DNA of 64,000 nt. Origin: an uncultured Clostridia bacterium (GTDB lineage: Bacteria > Bacillota > Clostridia > TANB77 > CAG-508). The translations under genes and the position numbers were made by a program. How positions within the stretch are numbered: position 1 is the stretch's first letter; every line of letters begins with the position of its first letter. The stretch covers positions 952-64,951 of the forward strand of contig CAKPKQ010000005.1 in assembly GCA_934167305.1 (NCBI GenBank), written 5' to 3'. Below the pieces are notes generated by a model that was not told where the DNA came from, made no database searches, and was given only the letters and a program-made list of their open reading frames with translations. This document shows positions 55,308-64,000 of this stretch, one piece after another.

Positions 55308-55913
55308 TTAAATTCTTTTTTCCATAATGCCATCAATTAGCCCATATTTAAGAGCTTCTTCTGCTGTCATGTAATTATCTCTTTCTGTGTCTTTATTAAT
55401 TACTTCTAATGGTTGGCCTGTTCTTTCACTTAAGAATTTATTTAGTTTTTCTCTTGTTTTCACCATGTGGTCTGCGTGTATTTTTATTTCTGTTGTTTGA
55501 CCAGATAGTCCACCACCACCAATTAATGGTTGATGAATTAGAATTTCAGCATTTGGTGTTGCAAATCTTTTGCCTTTTTCACCTGCTGCTAAAAGAACAG
55601 CTCCCATGCTTGCAGCCATACCTATACATATAGTTGAAACTGGGCATTTAATATAATTCATTGTGTCAACAATTCCCATTCCATCTGTAATAGATCCTCC
55701 TGGGCTATTTATGTATAAGTGAATTTCTTTATCAGGATCTTCTGATTCAAGAAATAATAATTGAGCAATTACCAAACTTGCTGAAGTTTGATTAACATCT
55801 TCACCTAAAAATATAATTCTGTCTTTCAAAAGTCTTGAGAAAATATCATAAGATCTTTCTCCTTTTGCAGTTTGTTCAATAACATAAGGTACTAAACTGT
55901 TTTGTTCTTTCAT
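55308..55913 (-). CDS. clpP: ATP-dependent Clp protease proteolytic subunit
   Basis: 201 aa with GMAASMGA (catalytic Ser) and IHQP (His). Confidence 0.97.
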   Translation of the reverse strand: MKEQNSLVPYVIEQTAKGERSYDIFSRLLKDRIIFLGEDVNQTSASLVIAQLLFLESEDPDKEIHLYINSPGGSITDGMGIVDTMNYIKCPVSTICIGMAASMGAVLLAAGEKGKRFATPNAEILIHQPLIGGGGLSGQTTEIKIHADHMVKTREKLNKFLSERTGQPLEVINKDTERDNYMTAEEALKYGLIDGIMEKRI

Positions 55914-55954
55914 ACTTATTAATTACCAACCTTTCTCTTTTGATCAAATTAAAG

Positions 55955-57238
55955 TTATTTTATTTTAGCATTGCTAATGATGAATTCAATTGCTTTTTCT
56001 ACTTTCATATTATTTTCAATATATTCTTTTATGTATTCATTTTTAGCCATTTCTTCTTTAGTTTTGCCATAGTTTTTAGCCATTTCTTCAAGTTTTTCTT
56101 CAACTTCTTTTTCTTCTGGTTTTATATCTTCTGCTTTAATAATAGCTTCTATTACAAGTCTTGATTTAACTGCTTTTTCAGCTTGTTCTTTCATTTCTTC
56201 TCTAACTTGTGCTTCTGTTTTACCAGATAAAGTGAAGTATTGAGCTAATGTTAGTCCTTGATATTGTAATCTTTGTTCAACATCTTTCATCATGTTGTCA
56301 ATTTCATTATTAATCATTCCTGATGGAATTTCTATTTCTACATCATCACTAACAGCATTTAATGCAGCATCTTCCATTTCATATTTTGCTTTTTCTTCGT
56401 TTGCTTTTTGCATTCTTTCTTTAATACTATTCTTTAATTCTTCTAATGTGTCAAATTCGCTAACATCTTTTGCAAATTCATCATCGATTTTTGGAAGTTC
56501 TTTTTTCTTAATTTCATGTAATTTTACTTTAAATACAGCTGGCTTTCCTGCTAATTCTTTAGAAAAATAATCTTCTGGGAAAGTAACTGTAATATCTTTT
56601 TCTTCATCTAATTTCATTCCAATTACTTGATCTTCAAAACCTGGAATAAATGTATTACTTCCAATTTCTAATTCGTGTTTTTCTGCTTTTCCACCTTCAA
56701 ATGGAACTCCGTCAATAGATCCTTCAAAGTCAATAACTGTTATATCTCCTTTTTCTACTGGTCTATCTTCTACACTTACTAATCTTGCATTATGTTCTGC
56801 CATATGTCCTAATTCATGTTCAATATCATGGTCAGATACATTATACTCAATTTTCTTTAATTCTATACCTTTATATTTTCCTAATTTCACTTCTGGTTTT
56901 ACTTGTACTATTGCTGTAAATATAAGGTCTTTTCCTTTTCCAATTTGAGTAATATCTATATCAGGGTTACTTACAACTTGAAGATCATTTTCTTTAATTG
57001 CTGCTTCATAAATTTCTGGTACTAATTCATTAAATGTATCTTCATGGAATATTTCTGTTCCATATTGTTTTTCTACCATATTCATTGGTGCTTTACCTTT
57101 TCTAAATCCAGGTATTGTAAAGTATTTAGCTGTTTTTGCATATACTTTTTTCATCGCTTCATCAAATTTTTCTGCTTCTACTACGAAACTTAATTTTACT
57201 TCATTTTTGTTTTCTGTGTTTTCTACTTTTACACTCAT
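55955..57238 (-). CDS. tig: Trigger factor
   Basis: 427 aa with the GFRKGKAP ribosome-binding motif and an FKBP-type PPIase core. Confidence 0.95.
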   Translation of the reverse strand: MSVKVENTENKNEVKLSFVVEAEKFDEAMKKVYAKTAKYFTIPGFRKGKAPMNMVEKQYGTEIFHEDTFNELVPEIYEAAIKENDLQVVSNPDIDITQIGKGKDLIFTAIVQVKPEVKLGKYKGIELKKIEYNVSDHDIEHELGHMAEHNARLVSVEDRPVEKGDITVIDFEGSIDGVPFEGGKAEKHELEIGSNTFIPGFEDQVIGMKLDEEKDITVTFPEDYFSKELAGKPAVFKVKLHEIKKKELPKIDDEFAKDVSEFDTLEELKNSIKERMQKANEEKAKYEMEDAALNAVSDDVEIEIPSGMINNEIDNMMKDVEQRLQYQGLTLAQYFTLSGKTEAQVREEMKEQAEKAVKSRLVIEAIIKAEDIKPEEKEVEEKLEEMAKNYGKTKEEMAKNEYIKEYIENNMKVEKAIEFIISNAKIK

Positions 57239-57313
57239 TTTATAATCTTCCTTTCAAAAATTAATTAGCTTTTATATTATACCACATTTTTCAAGTATTT
57301 CAAGTGTTTCTGA

Positions 57314-58006
57314 CTATATTTTAATTAAATCAAAATTCAAGTAATCTGCACTAACAAGTGTAAATTTTATTCCATCTACTACACCTTCTATTGCATCTTG
57401 ATGTGATTTTCCATGTAAATGCCCATAATAACATTGTTTTATATTATATTGTTTTAATGTATTCAAAAAATCTGATGTTTGATTATTTTTAGTTATTGGT
57501 GGATAATGCATAAACACTATTATTTCTTTGTCAGTTCCATATTGATTTATTCCTTGTTCTATGGCAAGTTTTAATCTTATATTTTCTCTTTTTATCATTT
57601 TACTGCTATTTTCTGTATCCATTAGGTTCCACCCTCTGGTCCCTGTTATTATTTTATTTTCTACTAGATAACTATTATTATATATAAAGTCTATATTTTC
57701 AAATTTATTTTCCTTTAAATAAGTTCTCATACTTGTAACAGTCATCCACCAGTAATCATGGTTTCCTTTTAGTAATAGCTTTTTACCTGGTAAAGCATTT
57801 AAGTATTCAAAGTCTTTATATGTATCTTTCAAATGCATAGACCATGAAAAATCGCCAGGCAATACTACTGTATCTTCCTGTTTTACTTTAGATATCCAAT
57901 TATCTCTTATTTTTTGACTATGTCCCTCCCATTTTTCTCCAAATATGCTCATTGGCTTATCTTGAGAAAAAGAAAGGTGTAAGTCAGCTATTACATATAT
58001 TGCCAT
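57314..58006 (-). CDS. Metallophosphoesterase family protein
   Basis: DLHLS, GDF, GNHDYW and GHLH motifs. Confidence 0.8.
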   Translation of the reverse strand: MAIYVIADLHLSFSQDKPMSIFGEKWEGHSQKIRDNWISKVKQEDTVVLPGDFSWSMHLKDTYKDFEYLNALPGKKLLLKGNHDYWWMTVTSMRTYLKENKFENIDFIYNNSYLVENKIITGTRGWNLMDTENSSKMIKRENIRLKLAIEQGINQYGTDKEIIVFMHYPPITKNNQTSDFLNTLKQYNIKQCYYGHLHGKSHQDAIEGVVDGIKFTLVSADYLNFDLIKI

Positions 58007-58024
58007 ATCTTCTTCCTTTTCTTT

Positions 58025-59014
58025 TTAATTAATTCCTAGGTTTGGCACTGCATTTAAAGTTAAATCTGATGTTTTACCTGCTATATATGTATAATACCCT
58101 GCTGAGGCAATCATAGCTGCATTATCTGTACATAATACAGGTTCTGGGTAATAAACCTGATATCCTTTTTGATTTAATTTTAAGAATTCATTTCTTATAT
58201 ATGAATTTGCAGATACTCCTCCTGCTAGTGCTATTTTTGTTATATTTAGTTCTTTTGCTGCTCTAAGAGTATGATCTAATAATACCTCTGTTATAGTTTT
58301 TTCAAAACTATTGCATAAATCAGCTTTATTAACATCTGGATTCTTGTGGTGTAAATTTATTACTGCTGTTTTTATTCCACTAAAGCTAAAGTCTAAATTA
58401 TCTATATGTGTTTTTGGTAGTTCAATTGTTGGTTTTCCCTCTTTTGCTAGTTTATCTACTTTTGGTCCACCTGGGTAGCCTAATCCAACTACTCTTGCTA
58501 CTTTATCAAAAGCCTCTCCTACTGCGTCGTCTCTTGTTTTGGCTAGTACCTCAAATTCAGAATAGCTCTTTATATGTACCAAATGAGTATGTCCACCAGA
58601 TATAACCAAACATAAAAATGGTGGTTCTAGTTCTGGGTGGCTTATATAATTTGCAGCAATATGACCATGTATATGGTTTGTTCCAACTAATGGTTTGTTT
58701 AAAGAATAACTTAATGCTTTTGCATAAGATACTCCTACTAACAGTGCTCCAACCAAACCTGGTCCATAAGTACATGCTATTACATCTATATCATTCATTG
58801 TAATATTAGCCTGTTTTATCGACTCTTTTACAACATTTGAAATAGCTTCTATATGATTTCTAGAAGCTATTTCTGGCACTACTCCTCCAAATTGCTCATG
58901 TATTTTTATTTGCGAATTTATAACATTTGATAAAACTTCTCTTCCATTTTTTACTATAGATGCTGAAGTTTCATCACAACTTGATTCAATTCCTAAAGTT
59001 AATATATCTTTCAT
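58025..59014 (-). CDS. tsaD: tRNA N6-adenosine threonylcarbamoyltransferase TsaD
   Basis: [17 protein letters not shown] and GGVSAN motifs. The ATG at 59014 is chosen. A GTG at 59032 overlaps the upstream stop and is an alternative. Confidence 0.93.
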   Translation of the reverse strand: MKDILTLGIESSCDETSASIVKNGREVLSNVINSQIKIHEQFGGVVPEIASRNHIEAISNVVKESIKQANITMNDIDVIACTYGPGLVGALLVGVSYAKALSYSLNKPLVGTNHIHGHIAANYISHPELEPPFLCLVISGGHTHLVHIKSYSEFEVLAKTRDDAVGEAFDKVARVVGLGYPGGPKVDKLAKEGKPTIELPKTHIDNLDFSFSGIKTAVINLHHKNPDVNKADLCNSFEKTITEVLLDHTLRAAKELNITKIALAGGVSANSYIRNEFLKLNQKGYQVYYPEPVLCTDNAAMIASAGYYTYIAGKTSDLTLNAVPNLGIN

Positions 59015-59028
59015 TTTTATTTTCCTTT

Positions 59029-59757
59029 TCACATAAATATGCTAAATAAACCATAGATCATATTAGTAATTCCTGTATCAATAGCATTTATAATAGGTGA
59101 AACAATTTCACCAGCAATTGGTGTAATCCAAATAATTAAAAACACTATATAAAATATTTTCTCATGATCTTCAAACCATCTTTTTGCATTATATGGTAAA
59201 AATGCCATTAGTACTTTTGAGCCATCAAGTGGTGGTAATGGTATTAAGTTAAATACTCCAAGTCCAATATTTACAATTATTGCATATTTTAAAATTATAT
59301 ATATTATTAATCCTATTTTTGAAAAACTAACAAAATTTGTTGCAAACAAGTCTAAAGCACATGTTATTATTGTTAATACTATAGCTAATAAAAAATTCAT
59401 AACAGGTCCAGCAGCTGCAACAAGTGCTTCTCCAGTTTTTGCTGATATTTTTTTATTAAAATTATTTGGATTTATTTCTACAGGTTTTCCCCATCCAATA
59501 TGTGTAAACATTAATAATACAACCGCTACTGGATCTAAGTGAGTAAATGGGTTTAAGCTTAGCCTTCCCTGAACTTTTGGTGTATCATCTCCAAGCTTAT
59601 ATGCAACTAAAGCATGTGCATATTCATGGAAAGTAATTGCTAAAAGTACACCTGGTACAGAAAACAATACAGCAAGTAAACTAAAACTTCCACTCATTAT
59701 GCTAGCGAAAACTATAATTGCCAAAATTATGTATATGTATCTACTATCAAATTTCAT
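59029..59757 (-). CDS. Site-2 protease family (M50) membrane metalloprotease
   Basis: HEYAHALVA (HExxH) in a TM segment. [10 protein letters not shown] second motif. Confidence 0.85.
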   Translation of the reverse strand: MKFDSRYIYIILAIIVFASIMSGSFSLLAVLFSVPGVLLAITFHEYAHALVAYKLGDDTPKVQGRLSLNPFTHLDPVAVVLLMFTHIGWGKPVEINPNNFNKKISAKTGEALVAAAGPVMNFLLAIVLTIITCALDLFATNFVSFSKIGLIIYIILKYAIIVNIGLGVFNLIPLPPLDGSKVLMAFLPYNAKRWFEDHEKIFYIVFLIIWITPIAGEIVSPIINAIDTGITNMIYGLFSIFM

Positions 59758-59776
59758 ATTTTTTTAACCTTTCATT

Positions 59777-60244
59777 TTATTTTTTTCTTGCAACTACTGC
59801 TAATCTTCCATCTTCTGTATGATATGAGCATGTAGATAATGTCATTAACTGTTCTCCATATTTAGCAGTTTTTCCTGTATCATACAAAGATGCCGATTTG
59901 CAATTTTTTACATATTCATTATATTCTTCTTCATTTTGAGCATCTATAAAAAAGTAATATCTAAAAACATTCTTTTCTGATTTATAATATACCCTTGATA
60001 AAAATACTGATATTATTTCATATTCTGATTCTTCGTTATTTGTCATGAATTTTATATTAGGATGTTGTTTGTAAAAGCTTTCTTTTTGATATTTTGTTAA
60101 GTCTTCAAACATAATACCTTGCTCATGTCTATGCCCATATATAAGTAAATTGCTACTTGGTTTGTTAAAGTCATATGCTTTGCCTTTTTCTCTTTCAAAA
60201 CATACCTTTTCCTTTTTAATTTTACAGTTAATATTATAACTCAA
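59777..60244 (-). pseudogene. Class B sortase remnant lacking the N-terminal about 90 residues
   Basis: Catalytic motifs are retained (LLIYGHRHE, LMTLSTCSY, AVVARK). There is no TM anchor or N-terminal beta strands. The ORF opens at a TTG that lies within or upstream of a promoter -10 box. Confidence 0.6.
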
Positions 60245-60369
60245 ATTTCAAAATATGTAAACATTTGGAAGTGATTAAATTTATTAGTTAAATATTAAGC
60301 ATATAATAGTCAAAAACGAAAGTACACAATTTATTTGTTACTCTCGTTTTTGTATTATTATTATTGATT

Positions 60370-61875
60370 TTAGCTTAAAGGTTTCATAGTTGGGAATAAA
60401 AGTACATCTCTTATAGATGCAGAATCTGTTAGTAGCATTACTAAACGATCAATTCCCATTCCCATTCCACCTGTTGGAGGCATACCATACTCTAATGCTT
60501 CTATAAAGTCTGTATCCATCATGTTTGCTTCTTCGTCTCCAGCTTCTCTTGCTTCAACTTGTTTTAAGAATCTCTCATATTGGTCTATTGGATCATTTAA
60601 TTCTGAATATGCATTTGCAAATTCTCTTCCACCAATAAATAATTCAAATCTTTGAGTCATTTTTGGATTGTCTTTATATTTTTTAGTAAGTGGAGAATTT
60701 TCTACTGGATATTCATATAAGAATGTTGGTTGTCTTAATGTTTCTTCAACTTTTTCATCAAATATTTGTGCAATTATATCCCCTCTTGATGTTTTTATTG
60801 GATCTACTTCAATGCCAAGTTCTTTTGCAACTTTTTGTGCTTGTTCGTCAGTTTCAATTGTATTGAAGTCAACACCTGTAACATTTTTTATTGCTTCAAT
60901 CATTGTTATTCTTTTAAATGGTGATTCTAAATCTATTTCTTCACCTTGATAAGATATTTTGCCTGTTCCACATACTTTACTAGCACATTTTCTTATTATT
61001 TCTTCAGTTATATTCATCATGCCTTCTAAGTCAGTGTATGCTTGGTATAATTCTATACATGTAAATTCAGGATTATGTTTGATGTCCATTCCTTCATTTC
61101 TGAAGTTTCTTCCTATTTCATATACTCTGTCAAATCCACCAATTATTAATCTTTTTAAATATAATTCTGTTGCAATTCTTAAATACATATCAATGTCAAG
61201 TGTATTGTGATGTGTAATAAAAGGTCTTGCTGATGCCCCTCCTGCTATTGTTTGTAGTATTGGTGTTTCAACTTCCATAAAACCTTTTTCATCTAATACT
61301 TTTCTAATTTCTTTTATAATTTCTGTTCTCTTTCTAAATGTGTCTTTAACTTCTGGATTCATAATCAAGTCAACTGATCTTTGACGATAACGTAAATCAG
61401 TATCTTTTAGTCCATGAAATTTTTCTGGCAATGGTCTTAATGATTTTGATAGAAGTGTTACTTCTTTTGCATGTATAGAAATTTCACCAGTTTTTGTTTT
61501 GAATACAAAACCTGTAATTCCTATAATGTCTCCTATGTCATCTTCTTTAAATTGTTTGTAGCTCTCTTCTCCCAAGTCATTTATACTAACATAACTTTGT
61601 ATTTTTCCTTCGTTATCTTGAATATGACAAAAAGAAGCTTTTCCCATTATACGTTTAGCCATCATTCTTCCTGCTATTGTAACATCTTTACCTTCTAATT
61701 CTTCAAAGTTTTCTTTTATTTGTTTGCTATTATGTGTTACATCAAATTTTATAATTTCAAAAGGATCTTTTCCTTCTGCTTGTAATTTTGCAAGTTTTTC
61801 TCTTCTTATTTTCATAAGTTGATTTAAATCTAATTCTTGTTCTTGGTTGTTTATATTTTTCTCTTCCATTTGCAA
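60370..61875 (-). CDS. lysS: Lysine--tRNA ligase (class II)
   Basis: 501 aa with an OB anticodon-binding domain and class II motifs ([15 protein letters not shown]). Confidence 0.97.
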   Translation of the reverse strand: MQMEEKNINNQEQELDLNQLMKIRREKLAKLQAEGKDPFEIIKFDVTHNSKQIKENFEELEGKDVTIAGRMMAKRIMGKASFCHIQDNEGKIQSYVSINDLGEESYKQFKEDDIGDIIGITGFVFKTKTGEISIHAKEVTLLSKSLRPLPEKFHGLKDTDLRYRQRSVDLIMNPEVKDTFRKRTEIIKEIRKVLDEKGFMEVETPILQTIAGGASARPFITHHNTLDIDMYLRIATELYLKRLIIGGFDRVYEIGRNFRNEGMDIKHNPEFTCIELYQAYTDLEGMMNITEEIIRKCASKVCGTGKISYQGEEIDLESPFKRITMIEAIKNVTGVDFNTIETDEQAQKVAKELGIEVDPIKTSRGDIIAQIFDEKVEETLRQPTFLYEYPVENSPLTKKYKDNPKMTQRFELFIGGREFANAYSELNDPIDQYERFLKQVEAREAGDEEANMMDTDFIEALEYGMPPTGGMGMGIDRLVMLLTDSASIRDVLLFPTMKPLS

Positions 61876-61964
61876 ACTCTCCTTTTATTTATTATTTAGC
61901 AATAATATTATATCTTATAAATCTTGATATGTAAACATTTGGAAGGAAATTTATGAAAACTTTA

Positions 61965-63587
61965 TTATGAAGCCTTTCTCAATTCTTGTGCATGTGCTTT
62001 TGCAATTTCTGTTATTTCACCTGATGAAATTCTTGCTATTTCTTCTATTGTTTCTTCTTCATTTAATAGTTTTATGCTTGTATATGTTTTGTTTTCTTTT
62101 GTTTGTTTACTTATATAATAATTATAATCACCTTTTGCAGCAATTGAAGGTAAATGTGTAATACAAATAACTTGGTGCAAATTTGAAATTGATTTCATTT
62201 TTTCTGCAACTGCTTTTGAAGCTTTACCACTAATTCCTGTATCTATTTCATCAAACACTAATGTACTAACTTCATCAACATCTGCAAGCACATTTTTTAT
62301 TCCAAGCATTATTCTTGCCATCTCGCCTCCTGAGGCAATTTTTGCAAGTGGTTTTAGTCCTTCGCCAATATTTGTGCAAATCATAAATTCAACTTCATCT
62401 ATTCCATTTTCATAAAATTTCTCTGTTTTATTTACTTTTATTTCAAACTTAGCATTTGGCATTTCTAAATCTCTTAATTCTTGGTTTATTTTGTATGATA
62501 ATTCATTTGCATATTTAGCTCTAGTATTACTTATTTGGTTTGCAATTTCAAATAATTCCTTTTTGATTGTTTCTATTTGTGTTTTTATTTTTTTATGATA
62601 TTCATCTAAATTTTCTATTTTATGAATTTCAAGTTCTACATTATTTTGGAATTCGAGTATTTCTGAAATTGTATTTCCATATTTTCTTTTTAATGAATAA
62701 ATTAAATCTAGTCTTTCTTCTAATTGATTTCTTTCATCTTCATCAAAGTCTATTTCTTCTCTCATATAGCTAAAATCTCTTGCTAATTCTTGAATATCAT
62801 AATAGCTATTTTTTAATATGCTTAGTTTTTCGTTATATTCTTTTCCACAGTCCTGTATTTTTTCTAAGTTGTGAATCGCATTGCTTATTGCTGTTATAGC
62901 ATTGTCATTTAAGTTAGAATCTATTTCACATAAATTTTCTTTTAATTTTTCGGCATTTTGCATCATTTTGTGCTTTTCTTGTAATTCTTCTTCTTCGTTC
63001 TTTTTTAATTTTGCTTGCTCTATTTCATTATATTGATATCGAAGTAAGTCGAGTCTTCTTTCTTTTTCTTGATCCTCACCATAAGTGTTTTTTAATTCTT
63101 GCTTTAATTCATTATATTTTGTTAATTTTTCAGCATATTTACATAGATTTTCTTTTATTTCATTTCCAATAAATTTATCTAAATACATTATATGATTAAC
63201 TGGATTTAAAATTAATTGACTGTCATGTTGTCCATGTATGTCTATAATTTTACTCATAACTTCTTTCAACTCATTAACTGTAACTAATCTTCCATTAATT
63301 TTACAAGAATTTCTACCGTTTAAATGTATTTCTCTTGATACTATAATGTTATTATCTATTGATTGCTCATTATTTGGACAATAAAAGTTTGCTTCTATAA
63401 ATGAAAAATCTTCCCCATTTCTAATCATTTCTTTTGAAAATCTACCACCTGCTAAAATTGCAAGTGAACCAATTATTAATGTTTTTCCTGCCCCTGTTTC
63501 ACCTGTTAATACATTAAACCCTTCATTTAATTCAATATTTATATCATCAATAATACCAACGTTTTTTATGTGTAATGTTGTTACCAT
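61965..63587 (-). CDS. recN: DNA repair protein RecN
   Basis: Walker A GETGAGKT, a long coiled coil, the SGGE signature and LVFDEIDTG. Confidence 0.93.
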   Translation of the reverse strand: MVTTLHIKNVGIIDDINIELNEGFNVLTGETGAGKTLIIGSLAILAGGRFSKEMIRNGEDFSFIEANFYCPNNEQSIDNNIIVSREIHLNGRNSCKINGRLVTVNELKEVMSKIIDIHGQHDSQLILNPVNHIMYLDKFIGNEIKENLCKYAEKLTKYNELKQELKNTYGEDQEKERRLDLLRYQYNEIEQAKLKKNEEEELQEKHKMMQNAEKLKENLCEIDSNLNDNAITAISNAIHNLEKIQDCGKEYNEKLSILKNSYYDIQELARDFSYMREEIDFDEDERNQLEERLDLIYSLKRKYGNTISEILEFQNNVELEIHKIENLDEYHKKIKTQIETIKKELFEIANQISNTRAKYANELSYKINQELRDLEMPNAKFEIKVNKTEKFYENGIDEVEFMICTNIGEGLKPLAKIASGGEMARIMLGIKNVLADVDEVSTLVFDEIDTGISGKASKAVAEKMKSISNLHQVICITHLPSIAAKGDYNYYISKQTKENKTYTSIKLLNEEETIEEIARISSGEITEIAKAHAQELRKAS

Positions 63588-63604
63588 TTTGCGCCTCCAT
63601 AATA

Positions 63605-63618
63605 CGAATCATTGTTTG
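63605..63618. promoter_or_regulatory. LexA-box candidate in the recN promoter/5' UTR
   Basis: cgaatcattgtttg against the CGAACnnnnGTTCG consensus (two mismatches). It lies just downstream of a TTGACA-16-TATAAT promoter on the minus strand. Confidence 0.4.
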
Positions 63619-63738
63619 TATGTTTGTATTATATACCAAATTTTTGTTTTGTCAATTGTTTTTATTTACTTTTTATAAAAAACATGATATACTTGATTTA
63701 TTCACAAACGTGAAAATATTAAAAGGAGCGTATTAGCT

Positions 63739-63924
63739 ATGAATGACAGTCTTAAGTTATCACCGCAAATTGGCAATAATGAAATTATTGCTAAAATCAA
63801 AATGGACGCTTCTCAACCCGCAAATTTCTTTGGTTCTCCAAATTCTACTCATAAAAAGAGTAATAAACGGAGCACCAAAGGAAAAAATGTTACAAAGTTT
63901 CGCCAAGTAAAGGCTCCTAAGTAA
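63739..63924 (+). CDS. Small basic hypothetical protein
   Basis: 61 aa. AAAGGAG SD lies 8 nt before the ATG. Lys/Arg-rich C-terminal tail. Followed by a long perfect hairpin. Confidence 0.45.
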   Translation: MNDSLKLSPQIGNNEIIAKIKMDASQPANFFGSPNSTHKKSNKRSTKGKNVTKFRQVKAPK

Positions 63925-64000
63925 CAAAAAACGACTTACAAGAATTTCTACGCAGTGCAAACTGCTAGAAATTCTTGTAAGTCGCATATTTATCTTCTGC

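Noticed and set aside
55914-55954. CtsR operator upstream of clpP.
   Set aside because: Only 41 nt separate tig and clpP, and no GGTCAAA direct repeat is present. clpP is probably co-transcribed with tig.
63760-63987. Minus-strand 75-aa ORF overlapping the small basic-protein gene and the long hairpin.
   Set aside because: It has no SD and runs through the hairpin. The plus-strand ORF has the better start context. Neither ORF is strongly supported.
1-64000. Prophage, IS element, integrative element, restriction-modification system, or a known anti-phage defence system.
   Set aside because: No integrase, transposase, terminase, capsid, methyltransferase, nuclease/helicase defence module or reverse transcriptase is recognisable among the translated ORFs.

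Overview
AT-rich Firmicutes/Clostridia-type chromosomal window. Two hand-counted 60-nt coding blocks gave 30% and 23% G+C. The standard code fits, and most genes lie on the minus strand. No database search or computation was possible; everything below comes from reading the sequence and the supplied translations.

The backbone is housekeeping: upp-pyrP, recG, tmRNA, tRNA-Trp, efp, fhs, xseA/xseB, nusB, an asp23 cluster, thrS with a T-box leader, trxA plus a trxB-like gene, thyX, cotJABC, a pyk-like gene, glgP, mreB, lexA, clpX-clpP-tig, tsaD, lysS and recN. I saw no CRISPR array, transposase, integrase or prophage.

Most unusual items:
1. Two tandem paralogous genes (134-3707) join a prepilin-like leader and hydrophobic helix to two or three flagellin D1-type modules and lack the flagellin D0 termini. 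A third protein with the same leader type (GLUG repeats) and a stand-alone A24 prepilin peptidase lie elsewhere in the window, with no pilus or flagellar machinery in sight.
2. A tRNA-Tyr(GUA) gene is interrupted in its anticodon loop by a 222-nt group I (IC3-like) intron.
3. A family of composite palindromic TGTCAGTT...AACTGACA elements is present. One copy sits between the thrS T-box terminator and the thrS Shine-Dalgarno (SD) sequence. A nested compound copy supplies the stop codon of an acyl-ACP thioesterase gene.
4. A convergent small-peptide/sRNA module resembling a type I toxin-antitoxin lies next to ssrA.
5. An orphan, relatively GC-rich transcription unit with a perfect consensus promoter lies at 25.34-25.71 kb.

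Three +1 homopolymer frameshifts, a C-domain-less pyruvate kinase, a sortase remnant and CGAACAT-type LexA-box candidates are also recorded.
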